From IMG/VR virus record IMGVR_UViG_3300034420_000109, positions 23,977 through 87,976 of that record: a stretch of DNA of 64,000 bases. One strand, 5' to 3'. The notes below the pieces were generated by a model. That model ran no database searches and was not told the DNA's origin. It saw only the letters and a program-made list of their open reading frames with translations. Below, piece after piece: positions 1 to 8,046 of this stretch (its first letter is position 1; each line of letters begins with the position of its first letter). The DNA is from a virus. Lineage: Duplodnaviria; Caudoviricetes. A program made the translations under genes and the position numbers.

Positions 1-633
1 GTTGGCGAACCAGGGGGCCAGGACGTCCCGCTCTTCTGGGAATTCAGACCACAGGGTCATGGCGAGGTTTGCGGAGAACCCGATAGCCTCCTCGGACTTG
101 GTGGAGGATACCTGCTTGCTGATCTCGCCCAGCACCCGCGCCGTGATGGGCGAGGCCTTGAACTGGACAGACAGCGACGGTAGGCCGTGGGCATCGCGCG
201 GGAAGGCACCACGAATGGCGACCTTCTTTCCCTGGAAGAGGGGGGCCGGAGCACCCTGGGCCAGCAGCTGGAGGGCATCGATGGCCCAGGTCTTCATGTA
301 GGGGAAATGGGCCTCCCACGAGGAGGACAGGTCCACCGCCACCTCGGGGCCCTTCACCCAACCCGCAGCCACCCTGGCGAACCAGGACACCACCGCGGGC
401 CCGGCAATCAGCTTCATGGCCGAGGAGGATGCGTTCACCCCCATGGGCACGGTCACGGGCGCAGCCGTGGGGTCAGTGACGGTGGCGACCGAGGCAGACC
501 CGACCATGGCCCGGATTTCAAGGATGGCGTCTGCAGCGTCCGCCGATCCGGGCACCACCCAGGCGATGAACTGCGCCACCCCGGGGAAGCCCGCGGGGCG
601 CACGGCGTAGCTATTCCAGACGGGGGCGGCCAT
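1..633 (-). CDS. Partial CDS running off the left edge; probable tail terminator/tail completion protein
   Basis: Not in the ORF track because it has no stop in the window. Manual translation from ATG 633 gives 211 open codons (MAAPVWNSYAVRP...KVAIRGAFPRDAHGLPSLSVQF...LTLWSEFPEERDVL-like C-terminal part). An in-frame ATG at 660 is an alternative start. Function inferred from position and pattern. Confidence 0.55.
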   Translation of the reverse strand, partial: MAAPVWNSYAVRPAGFPGVAQFIAWVVPGSADAADAILEIRAMVGSASVATVTDPTAAPVTVPMGVNASSSAMKLIAGPAVVSWFARVAAGWVKGPEVAVDLSSSWEAHFPYMKTWAIDALQLLAQGAPAPLFQGKKVAIRGAFPRDAHGLPSLSVQFKASPITARVLGEISKQVSSTKSEEAIGFSANLAMTLWSEFPEERDVLAPWFAN

Positions 634-747
634 GCACGAAGAATACCGATGGGCCCACATGGGGGGCTCAAGTATCTTGTGAGGCGCCGCGATGCGAAAC
701 AGACAAAAGACCAACGGGCGCAAGGGCTCGAATGTCAGAATGGGGAC

Positions 748-1470
748 ATGGCGCGCATCGACGATCTGACCTCCCGGATGATCGGGACCATGCCCCTCCC
801 GGCTCCGGAGAGTGGGCCCCGGTTCTCCCGGGCCAGGTTGTGGGCGAAGGCTGTGGCCGACAACGAGACTCAGACCGCTGCCGCAATCGAGCAGATGAAG
901 CTGCCTGCCACGCTGGAGCGGGTGGACGCGAACCCCACCGTCTGGACCGAGGAAAGCAGCGCAGGGTGGCGATTCCTTTCCGCGGACGCGATCCCGGGCG
1001 CATCCGACGTCTTCCTGAACCTGTGGGGCAGGGCGCTGCAGGTCCCGCGCTACAACAGCGAGACGGACCAGCCATACGCCCGCAGGATCGTGGACGAGGT
1101 GATCAGCCCCAGCACCACAAACATGGGAATGGGGGCCCTGATCGACCGGCTGCTCGGGATGACGGGAACGCGCGTCATCGAGGGGGAGGGGTTCTTCAGC
1201 ACCATCCGCCTGAACGACGGGCACCGCCTGAATGCCGGGAAGAGGCTGATGGGGTTCGGAGCCTTCGGGGCCGAGAGCCTCTGGAACACCTTCATCGTGG
1301 TCCTTCCATCCCCCCTTGTGAACCTATCTATAGAAAAAGATTTGATCGCGTTAATTGACCGAAGGCGAGGGGCGGGGAATCGTCTTTTAGCCATCGTGTG
1401 GAATCAATCACTAGCCCCAACAATGCATTACGTCCAACTAGGATATGTCCAATCTGGATATGTCCAATAG
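748..1470 (+). CDS. Baseplate wedge protein (P2 gpI/Mu gp48-like)
   Basis: MARIDDLTSRMIG...; WGRALQVPRYNSETDQPYARRI and RLNDGHRLNAG patterns; lies directly upstream of the tailspike. The 187-747 extension in the ORF track is the antisense of the 1-633 gene. Confidence 0.55.
   Translation: MARIDDLTSRMIGTMPLPAPESGPRFSRARLWAKAVADNETQTAAAIEQMKLPATLERVDANPTVWTEESSAGWRFLSADAIPGASDVFLNLWGRALQVPRYNSETDQPYARRIVDEVISPSTTNMGMGALIDRLLGMTGTRVIEGEGFFSTIRLNDGHRLNAGKRLMGFGAFGAESLWNTFIVVLPSPLVNLSIEKDLIALIDRRRGAGNRLLAIVWNQSLAPTMHYVQLGYVQSGYVQ
1429..1467 (+). repeat. Short tandem repeat encoding YVQLG-YVQSG-YVQ at the wedge C-terminus
   Basis: tacgtccaacta ggatatgtccaatct ggatatgtccaa, a 15-nt period. Confidence 0.85.
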
Positions 1471-1478
1471 GAGCCAAA

Positions 1479-3893
1479 ATGGATCCATTCAACCCCACAC
1501 TCCGTGCTAATTTGACGACCGACTTAACCCCCAGTCAGGTGGATAAGAACTTCATTGATGCCGCTGAAGCAATCAACGCAAGTGCGCGCGCATGGGGATG
1601 GAGCCATGCCACCACCATCGGATTGGCGTTCGGCTACTACGGCGGCCCAGCGTTCAATGGCACCACATGGACTTCGATCGGCGATGGTGCAGTTACCCTG
1701 GTTCCTTCTCAGGCCAACTATATCGAGCGGAACGCTTCCGGAGTAGTAACCAGCAATGCCGTAGGTTGGACGGCAGGAAGCACCCCAATGGCGATGGTTG
1801 TCACGGGCACTTCATCCATCACCTCGGTTCAAGATTTCAGGTCCGGATTTGGGCCTGCCGACCTCGCCTCCACCGATACCGGCAAAGGCGCTGCGCTTAT
1901 CGGGGCCAAGCCCGATCTGACCGGGGCGGTGGCCAGAACACAGGCGTCTAAGAACGCTGACTTTGTTAGCGTCAAGGACTTCGGGGCCGTTGGCGATGGG
2001 ACCACTGACGATACAGCCGCGATCCAGGCGGCGGCTTCCGCCTGCGCCGTGGATAAGAAGGTGTTAGTTTTCCCTGGGACAGATGGCGGCTACAAAATCA
2101 CAGATACGGTGACATTCCCGGTTGGCTGCGGGGTGGACATGGGATCAGCGTTCATCACCTACACAGGGCCTAAGGACCGCCCCGCCGTGATATTGGGGAG
2201 TTACAATACTCTCAATGTTCAGCCTGTATACCGGAACATTGATGTCCAGGCAACCTTGGCAGCGGATTCTTGGACGGACGCTAATTACGTCGGCGTGAGG
2301 GCCATCAATTTCTACCGCCCCGAGATGGTCGGCATCAAGCGGGTGTCAGGCTTCTGCGCTGGATGGGAGTGCTACTCCGACACCTACGGCTACTCATATG
2401 CCAGTCACAGCATCGGTGAGTTGCTGAACAATAAATACTGCATGGTTTTGCGAACCGTAGGGCCTGAATTGGGCGGGAACTTCATCAACGAAAACAACTT
2501 CTTTGGCGGCAGATACGGGACCGATACTTCTGCAAATGCGATGGGGGACGCTTATGGCGTTCTGATTACATGGGATAAAGTCGCCGCCGCTGCTGTCCCA
2601 TCTGCGTCTGCTGGATCTTCCTACCGCGCCCACAACTCCAACAAGTGGTGGGGTCCGTGCTTTGAACTGAACAACCCATCTACCTATGTCCGTGTCCCGT
2701 TTTACTTTGACGGTGCCGGTAAGCAGAACCAAGTCTTGGCGGCTCGGCATGAGACTGGGCGCGGCCCCTTCGCCATCATTGACGGTGGGACAGAGGTTTT
2801 GACCTTCGGTGGGACGGAAACATTTAAGCCTACGCAAAATAAGTTTGAGTGTCTTTGGGCTGGGTCTGGCTCTGGCGCTGAAATCCAAGGTATTGAGGAG
2901 TTGAACGCTGCTGCGAACAACTATTATTCTTCATACACCACGACGCAGCGGTTCCCTATGGACTTCAACTCGGGGAACCTTGTTGATAAAGTGAAGGCTT
3001 ACAACTCGACACTTGCATACGCTACGGGGGATGTTTGCTTCTTCGGAGCTACCCTTGGATTACCGTCTAGGGTTCAGGCGCAAAGCACAGCCAAGACTCT
3101 GAAGAATGAACTTTACTTGGTGGCCGGGTGCGCCATTGGCTCCATCATCGACACTCGGTATGTAAAGAAGTGGTCGGCATTCGTTAACGCAAGAGCCGGT
3201 TTTGCAGGAAGAGTCTACATCAAATGTTTTGACGCTGACGGGGCGGTTCTCAGTGGGACTACGCCCATGTATGTCCAGAACGGGGACACCTCGCTCATCA
3301 CCTCCGCGAGCTACGCCAACTCCTATGGAACCGGCTCGGACAATGTGGGTAACCCTATCAGCCTGACTTTCCATGAAAGCGTTAAATCGGCTCAGATCAT
3401 GTTTACTGGAGGGACCAATCCGCTTTACATCAAGAGCTTCACGCTCAGGGCCTGGATCGAACCGCAGTTGGCTTACGGCTCTCCTGCTGTAGCCACGACC
3501 TCATGGTCTGCTCCGTCTGTATCGGGAGGGCCAGGTCTTTCGTCAGGGCCTATCGCACCGGCAATCCCATCAACAGCGGGGGTCCACGGGGTCTATTCCC
3601 GTGGGGAGGTCACATACCACGCTACCGCCGCAGTTGCGTCTCCCATTGGCTGGCAGGTTACCTCTGTAACGCCCTCATTCCTTGGGGCTGCATGGGCAGC
3701 ATCAACAGCCTATTCAATTGTTGGTGAGGTCGTGGTGAATGGTGTGAATGCCTACGCTCTCAAAACAGCGGGGACTTCGGCTGGTGCAACTGGCCCAACT
3801 ACGACTACTGGCGCTGACGAGATCGATGGAACCTGCGTGTGGAATTATGTCGGCAAAAAGGCCGTGTTTGGGACTCTTCCGAATCTGGCCTAG
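1479..3893 (+). CDS. Tailspike/tail fibre with probable beta-helix depolymerase domain
   Basis: VSVKDFGAVGDGTTDDTAAIQAA (pectate-lyase-3-type N-terminal motif); long N/G/Y/T-rich body; C-terminal WAASTAYSIVGEVVVNG...Y carbohydrate-binding-like motif; RBS ggag before ATG 1479. Confidence 0.8.
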   Translation: MDPFNPTLRANLTTDLTPSQVDKNFIDAAEAINASARAWGWSHATTIGLAFGYYGGPAFNGTTWTSIGDGAVTLVPSQANYIERNASGVVTSNAVGWTAGSTPMAMVVTGTSSITSVQDFRSGFGPADLASTDTGKGAALIGAKPDLTGAVARTQASKNADFVSVKDFGAVGDGTTDDTAAIQAAASACAVDKKVLVFPGTDGGYKITDTVTFPVGCGVDMGSAFITYTGPKDRPAVILGSYNTLNVQPVYRNIDVQATLAADSWTDANYVGVRAINFYRPEMVGIKRVSGFCAGWECYSDTYGYSYASHSIGELLNNKYCMVLRTVGPELGGNFINENNFFGGRYGTDTSANAMGDAYGVLITWDKVAAAAVPSASAGSSYRAHNSNKWWGPCFELNNPSTYVRVPFYFDGAGKQNQVLAARHETGRGPFAIIDGGTEVLTFGGTETFKPTQNKFECLWAGSGSGAEIQGIEELNAAANNYYSSYTTTQRFPMDFNSGNLVDKVKAYNSTLAYATGDVCFFGATLGLPSRVQAQSTAKTLKNELYLVAGCAIGSIIDTRYVKKWSAFVNARAGFAGRVYIKCFDADGAVLSGTTPMYVQNGDTSLITSASYANSYGTGSDNVGNPISLTFHESVKSAQIMFTGGTNPLYIKSFTLRAWIEPQLAYGSPAVATTSWSAPSVSGGPGLSSGPIAPAIPSTAGVHGVYSRGEVTYHATAAVASPIGWQVTSVTPSFLGAAWAASTAYSIVGEVVVNGVNAYALKTAGTSAGATGPTTTTGADEIDGTCVWNYVGKKAVFGTLPNLA

Positions 3894-3913
3894 CCCATCA
3901 CCCCCAATGACCT

Positions 3914-3946
3914 GTTCAGCCTCGGATAGCTCGGGGCTGAACTTCC
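3914..3946 (+). terminator. Hairpin after the tailspike, probable terminator
   Basis: GTTCAGCCTCGG-ATAGC-TCGGGGCTGAAC gives a 12-bp stem with two G.U pairs; the U-tail is weak. Confidence 0.5.
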
Positions 3947-4161
3947 AAGGAGAAAGGTTATCAACCCCACTCCTCCCCCAGCAACGCCTCGCAAACCGCA
4001 ACATTCGTGCGATGCGCCTCCGTGGAACAATCCGACCGATTTCCGGCCACTCCATAAAAACCGGGCGCAACGGTCAATACTTACGAGCAACGAAAAGCAA
4101 TAGAATGCGGACCCGGATCAATCCAGACAGAACGAAGCCCCATGAAAGTAGGGGACTTGTT

Positions 4162-4231
4162 TGGTGGTCCCGGAGCGACTCGAACGCCCGACCCTAAGAT
4201 TCGTAGTCTTTCGTTCTCTGCCTCTGTGACC
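4162..4231 (-). pseudogene. tRNA-Arg(ACG) 3' fragment, attP-core-like
   Basis: Minus strand reads AAGA-CTACGAA-TCTT anticodon arm, GGGCG-TTCGAGT-CGCTC T-arm and CGGGACC-A-CCA. No D-arm, and the 5' acceptor strand pairs only 5 of 7. Confidence 0.75.
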
Positions 4232-4331
4232 TTGGTGCTGGACAGACCTGTCATCCTCCAATGAGGACACCCCTGGGCGAACTGGTTCATTCAAACAAAG
4301 GGATGTGACAGCATAAACACGGAGATCACCC

Positions 4332-6491
4332 ATGACCCAGATCCTCGCCCCGCTCTTTGGTGAATACAGCACCGACCAGGCCATCGCGCGCGGATCCGCA
4401 CACCGCAGCGGCGTGATCGCCAAACCCAGCCTGGTTTCCAGTAGCACCGGGAGCGGGGCGCTGAAGACGTGGACCCTGGCCCTGGGCGCCAATGCTGCGC
4501 TCGGGTTCTGGGCCTGGAAGACGCCGTGGTCGAAGACCACCGGGGCATCGGTGGTCATCGAGGACGCCGACGTGCCGGTCATCACGGCCCAGCTGGAGCC
4601 CGCCGCGGGACTTTCCAGACACATCCTGGTCGTGGGCCGGTGGAAGTGGATCGCGGGGCCGGTAGGAGGAGACGGCCAGCCCCTGGGGACCCTCACCGAC
4701 AACATGAAAGCGGCATACGAGATCATCCACGGAGCCGACGCGGCAACGCCAGTGGACCCGTCGGTGCCAGCCCTCGATGCCGCCGGGCGGCCCCCCGTGG
4801 TGCTGGCCCGCATCGTGTTCCCCCAGGGCGGAACCCCCACCCTGGAGTTCCTGACGGACACGATGCTCGACCTCGTGGAGCTTGCGAACAAGCTGGATGG
4901 GATGCACCGCCGGACGGGGGATGAGATCCACACCGGGAAATTCAAAGTGACCGAGGCCCCGGTGGACGACCAGGACGTCGTGCGGAAGATGGACCAGATC
5001 GAGGGCAGCGTGAAGCCGTATGCCAGCGCCGTCTTCTTCGGGGTGATCGTCCCGGACGCATGGGGCACCCCGATTTCAACCCTCACCATCAACCCGGCGA
5101 ACCGCTACATGGCGAGCGGGTCTGACGTTTCCTACGAGACGGACAACCAACGGGTGAAGCTGAACACCGCCGGATACTACATGGTGACCGGCCAAACCTA
5201 CAGCCAGCGGAACACCGATCAGCACGACCTCTACATGGAGATCTGGCGCCGCCCCGCGGGCACCGCAGGGGCCAGCGACGTGAAGATCCACGACAGCGGG
5301 ATGAGCAACAACAACGGGGGCATCGACAGCCCCTTGATCCAGATGGTGAGCGCGAACGCCGGGGACTGGATCTATTTCAAGGGGGTCGGGAAGCGCAGCT
5401 ACTCGGCGGAGATCGTGGTGGCCTTCATGGGGATCCAGCAGGCCACCGCCCCCATGGCCGTCACCACCCAGGACTGGTCCGGGATGGAGGCCAACGGGCA
5501 GGTCTATCCCAAGATCGTCACCCTGCAGAACACCGCGCAGAACAACACGGGAGCGGTGGCCTGGAGCATCACCGGAGGCACGGCCGCGGGATTCACCACC
5601 ATCAACGGCACCGGGCTCATGACGATCAGCTTCCCCGCCGTGGGGACCTATACCCTCAGTGTTCACGCGGTGGACGCGCAGGGCGTCGTGGCCACCAAAA
5701 CGGTGAACCTCACCCTCGCCGCCTACGCCGTGATCCCCCTTGTTATCAACACCGGGAACCTCTCCTACGTCGCGGACTCATACCCCTACGGAGTGGACGC
5801 GATCCTATCCAGCACGGGCGGCCAGGCCCCGATCACCTTCAGCGTCGTCGCGGGAGCCTTCACCACCCTCCCAGACGCGGCCGTGGTCGGTGGACACCTG
5901 ACGGGGCTCGGCGCCAACGGAACCTGGCTGGTGCGCCTGCAGGCCGTGGACAGCGCGGCGAGCCCGCAGACGGTGACCAAGGACATCACGGTCACCATCA
6001 CCGACTACGTGGACCCGGGGCCCGGAGGAGGGTGCTTCGAGGAATCCGAGACCTTCGTCCTTATGGGCGACAGCACCGGCAAGCTGCTGCGAGACGTGAT
6101 GCCCGCGGAGATCGTGAAGGCCATCCGTCTCGAGGGGCACCATCGGGGCATGCGCCAGCTGCGGGACGCGGTGGTCACCGACAAGACCCGAGTCCAGGCC
6201 GGGCCCGATGACCCGAAGGCTGTGGTGGTGGAAGGGATCAAATGCACCCCCGGGCACCCGTGGGCGGTCCCCAGGGACTTCAAGCGGGCCGAGTTCCTGA
6301 CCCCTGGCGTCCAGGTCATGAAGGCGGGGGACGACGGCAACGTGCAGGAACACGCGCTCGCCTCGGTGGTCACCGGGAAGAGGCCGGTCCAGGTCAAGGG
6401 GACCATCGGCACCGAGGCGGGAACCTACCTTGTCGGGAAGACGGCGAACGGCCCGTGGTTCCTCGTTCACAACATCAAGATGCTCTATTAG
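4332..6491 (+). CDS. Tail fibre/tail protein with C1q-like segment, two Ig-like domains and a C-terminal Hint domain
   Basis: VKLNTAGYYMVTGQ (C1q-like); two Ig-like repeats ending VHAVDAQG / LQAVDSAA; GGG|CF start, TPGH and VHN Hint motifs. Confidence 0.7.
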   Translation: MTQILAPLFGEYSTDQAIARGSAHRSGVIAKPSLVSSSTGSGALKTWTLALGANAALGFWAWKTPWSKTTGASVVIEDADVPVITAQLEPAAGLSRHILVVGRWKWIAGPVGGDGQPLGTLTDNMKAAYEIIHGADAATPVDPSVPALDAAGRPPVVLARIVFPQGGTPTLEFLTDTMLDLVELANKLDGMHRRTGDEIHTGKFKVTEAPVDDQDVVRKMDQIEGSVKPYASAVFFGVIVPDAWGTPISTLTINPANRYMASGSDVSYETDNQRVKLNTAGYYMVTGQTYSQRNTDQHDLYMEIWRRPAGTAGASDVKIHDSGMSNNNGGIDSPLIQMVSANAGDWIYFKGVGKRSYSAEIVVAFMGIQQATAPMAVTTQDWSGMEANGQVYPKIVTLQNTAQNNTGAVAWSITGGTAAGFTTINGTGLMTISFPAVGTYTLSVHAVDAQGVVATKTVNLTLAAYAVIPLVINTGNLSYVADSYPYGVDAILSSTGGQAPITFSVVAGAFTTLPDAAVVGGHLTGLGANGTWLVRLQAVDSAASPQTVTKDITVTITDYVDPGPGGGCFEESETFVLMGDSTGKLLRDVMPAEIVKAIRLEGHHRGMRQLRDAVVTDKTRVQAGPDDPKAVVVEGIKCTPGHPWAVPRDFKRAEFLTPGVQVMKAGDDGNVQEHALASVVTGKRPVQVKGTIGTEAGTYLVGKTANGPWFLVHNIKMLY

Positions 6492-7315
6492 CCTAGACCC
6501 GACAGCCGCATGAGGTCATCCAGAAGGGCGCTCGAAAGGGCGTCCTTCCCGTCTCGGTAGGCTTCCTCGGCCGCGGTCTTGGCCGGGAAGAGGCCGGGGC
6601 GCGCGGGGATGATCCAGCCGGAGGACTTCTCGGACATCACCCGGAACGTGACATATGACGAGTGGCCCTTTTCTCCGAATTTATACATGCCTTCAAATCG
6701 GTTTTGTTCCTTATACGACAGGCCGAGGGATGAGAGGGCCTTTCCCGTCAGGCTGCCGCCCCAGTTATAGACGTTCCGCTGCACCTTGTGGCCGGTCCCG
6801 GAGACCTCCTCGCGGGTGCCGACGATGGACGACCGCTTCAGCTTCTGGGCAGCGCGCCAGACGGTCTCGGGCATGGGGCGCATGCCGACCGAGTCCTGCT
6901 GGGTGCCGTGGCGGAAGGGGATGATCAGGTAGAGGCTGCCGTCCTTCGCGCGCCGGGCCTTCGGGGCCGTGGGCAGGATCTTCTTCATGTCCCGCTCCTG
7001 GGTGCCCTTTTCGATGGCCTCGGCATACTCGGCGTCGTTCTCGAGGCGGAAGTCGAGGTAGCCGGGCTCGGCCAGGGTGGCGCGGCGCGCCAGGTTCCCA
7101 GAAGGGCGCTGGACCGAGGCGCCGTTGGGGAGCGGGATCCCCTTCAGGTAGCCCTGGTAGAGCATGAGGGAGTGCTGGGCCACCACGGCCGCCGTTTCAG
7201 CGTAGGAGGTGAAGACGTCCATGTGCCCGGCGTGGATGATCGCCTGGAAGGCCTCGGTCCACTCGCCGAGCACGCTCCAGTTCACCTCGAGGCCATCACC
7301 AAGGCGGCCCATCAC
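6488..7315 (-). CDS. Neck/tail-completion protein (HK97 gp10-like)
   Basis: LENDAEYAEAIEKG, YLIIPFRHGT and YVTFRVMSEKSSGWIIPARPG patterns; located in the structural cluster. Confidence 0.55.
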   Translation of the reverse strand: MMGRLGDGLEVNWSVLGEWTEAFQAIIHAGHMDVFTSYAETAAVVAQHSLMLYQGYLKGIPLPNGASVQRPSGNLARRATLAEPGYLDFRLENDAEYAEAIEKGTQERDMKKILPTAPKARRAKDGSLYLIIPFRHGTQQDSVGMRPMPETVWRAAQKLKRSSIVGTREEVSGTGHKVQRNVYNWGGSLTGKALSSLGLSYKEQNRFEGMYKFGEKGHSSYVTFRVMSEKSSGWIIPARPGLFPAKTAAEEAYRDGKDALSSALLDDLMRLSGLG

Positions 7316-8046
7316 GCACCCTGGGGGCCCTTGAGGGTCGCGGGGGACAGGCAGGAATCAGCCACGGGGTCCGAGGGCAGCCCGACCGGCGCCCCGGTGG
7401 TTCCACCGCCGCCGGTTACGCCGGAATGGGTGTGGGTCTTCGCCCAAGTCACGAAGGACGCGACGAAATCGAAGAGGCCCTCCATGGAGAACCGCTTCGT
7501 CCCGTCCTGGATGGTGAGCGAGGCGAAGCCGTGGAGCACCCCGTTTCCATCCGCGTCCACCTTCACCTCGGCCCCGGAGGGGTGGGAGATGGTGAGGACG
7601 GGGACCACTCCATCACGGGCCGGAGGCTGGGAGGTCGCCTGCAGGGCCGGGAGGGCATCGCCATCGCGCGAGACGGTGAACCGGAGCCCGGAGGGGTGGG
7701 AGAGTTCCGTGTCGCCGTTCTCGCGCACCTGCAGGACCACGCCGGACTGGTGTTTCCAGAAGGCGAGCCCAGGGGTGGGGTCGGCCTGGTTTTTGTCGAG
7801 GAAGGGGAGGGAACCGAGCCACACCAGGTAGCCGCCCTCGAGTTCCCCTACGACCCCAAGCTCGTCCACCTCGGGGAGCCAGGATGCAGCCCCGCCCGTC
7901 GAGGACATGCGAGGGGTCAGGACGCGCGCGAAGTCATACTGGGCGAACCCCGAGGGGGCAAGATCCTTGAATCGGACACGCACCCCGGGAACAGCAGGCA
8001 TGACCTCGGTGACCACGGCGGCGTAGATCATCCCAGATACCCCCAC
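7312..8046 (-). CDS. Baseplate central spike (gpV/gp5-like)
   Basis: N-terminal OB-fold-like VRVRF...WLPEVDELGVVG, beta-repeat middle and a C-terminal HTH (His-x-His) metal apex motif in KTHTHSG. Confidence 0.8.
   Translation of the reverse strand: MGVSGMIYAAVVTEVMPAVPGVRVRFKDLAPSGFAQYDFARVLTPRMSSTGGAASWLPEVDELGVVGELEGGYLVWLGSLPFLDKNQADPTPGLAFWKHQSGVVLQVRENGDTELSHPSGLRFTVSRDGDALPALQATSQPPARDGVVPVLTISHPSGAEVKVDADGNGVLHGFASLTIQDGTKRFSMEGLFDFVASFVTWAKTHTHSGVTGGGGTTGAPVGLPSDPVADSCLSPATLKGPQGA

Noticed and set aside
187-747. N-terminal extension of the 427-aa plus-strand ORF
   Set aside because: It is the antisense of the real 1-633 gene; the recognisable protein begins at ATG 748.
4162-4231. 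Functional second tRNA
   Set aside because: No D-arm, two acceptor-stem mismatches and only 70 nt; kept as a fragment or att core.
634-6491. Invertase-driven tail-fibre switch (Gin/Cin type)
   Set aside because: No inverted repeats visible at the edges, no recombinase in the window, and the boundaries do not fall inside a fibre gene.
1479-6491. Diversity-generating retroelement acting on the tail proteins
   Set aside because: No reverse transcriptase and no TR/VR repeat pair seen.
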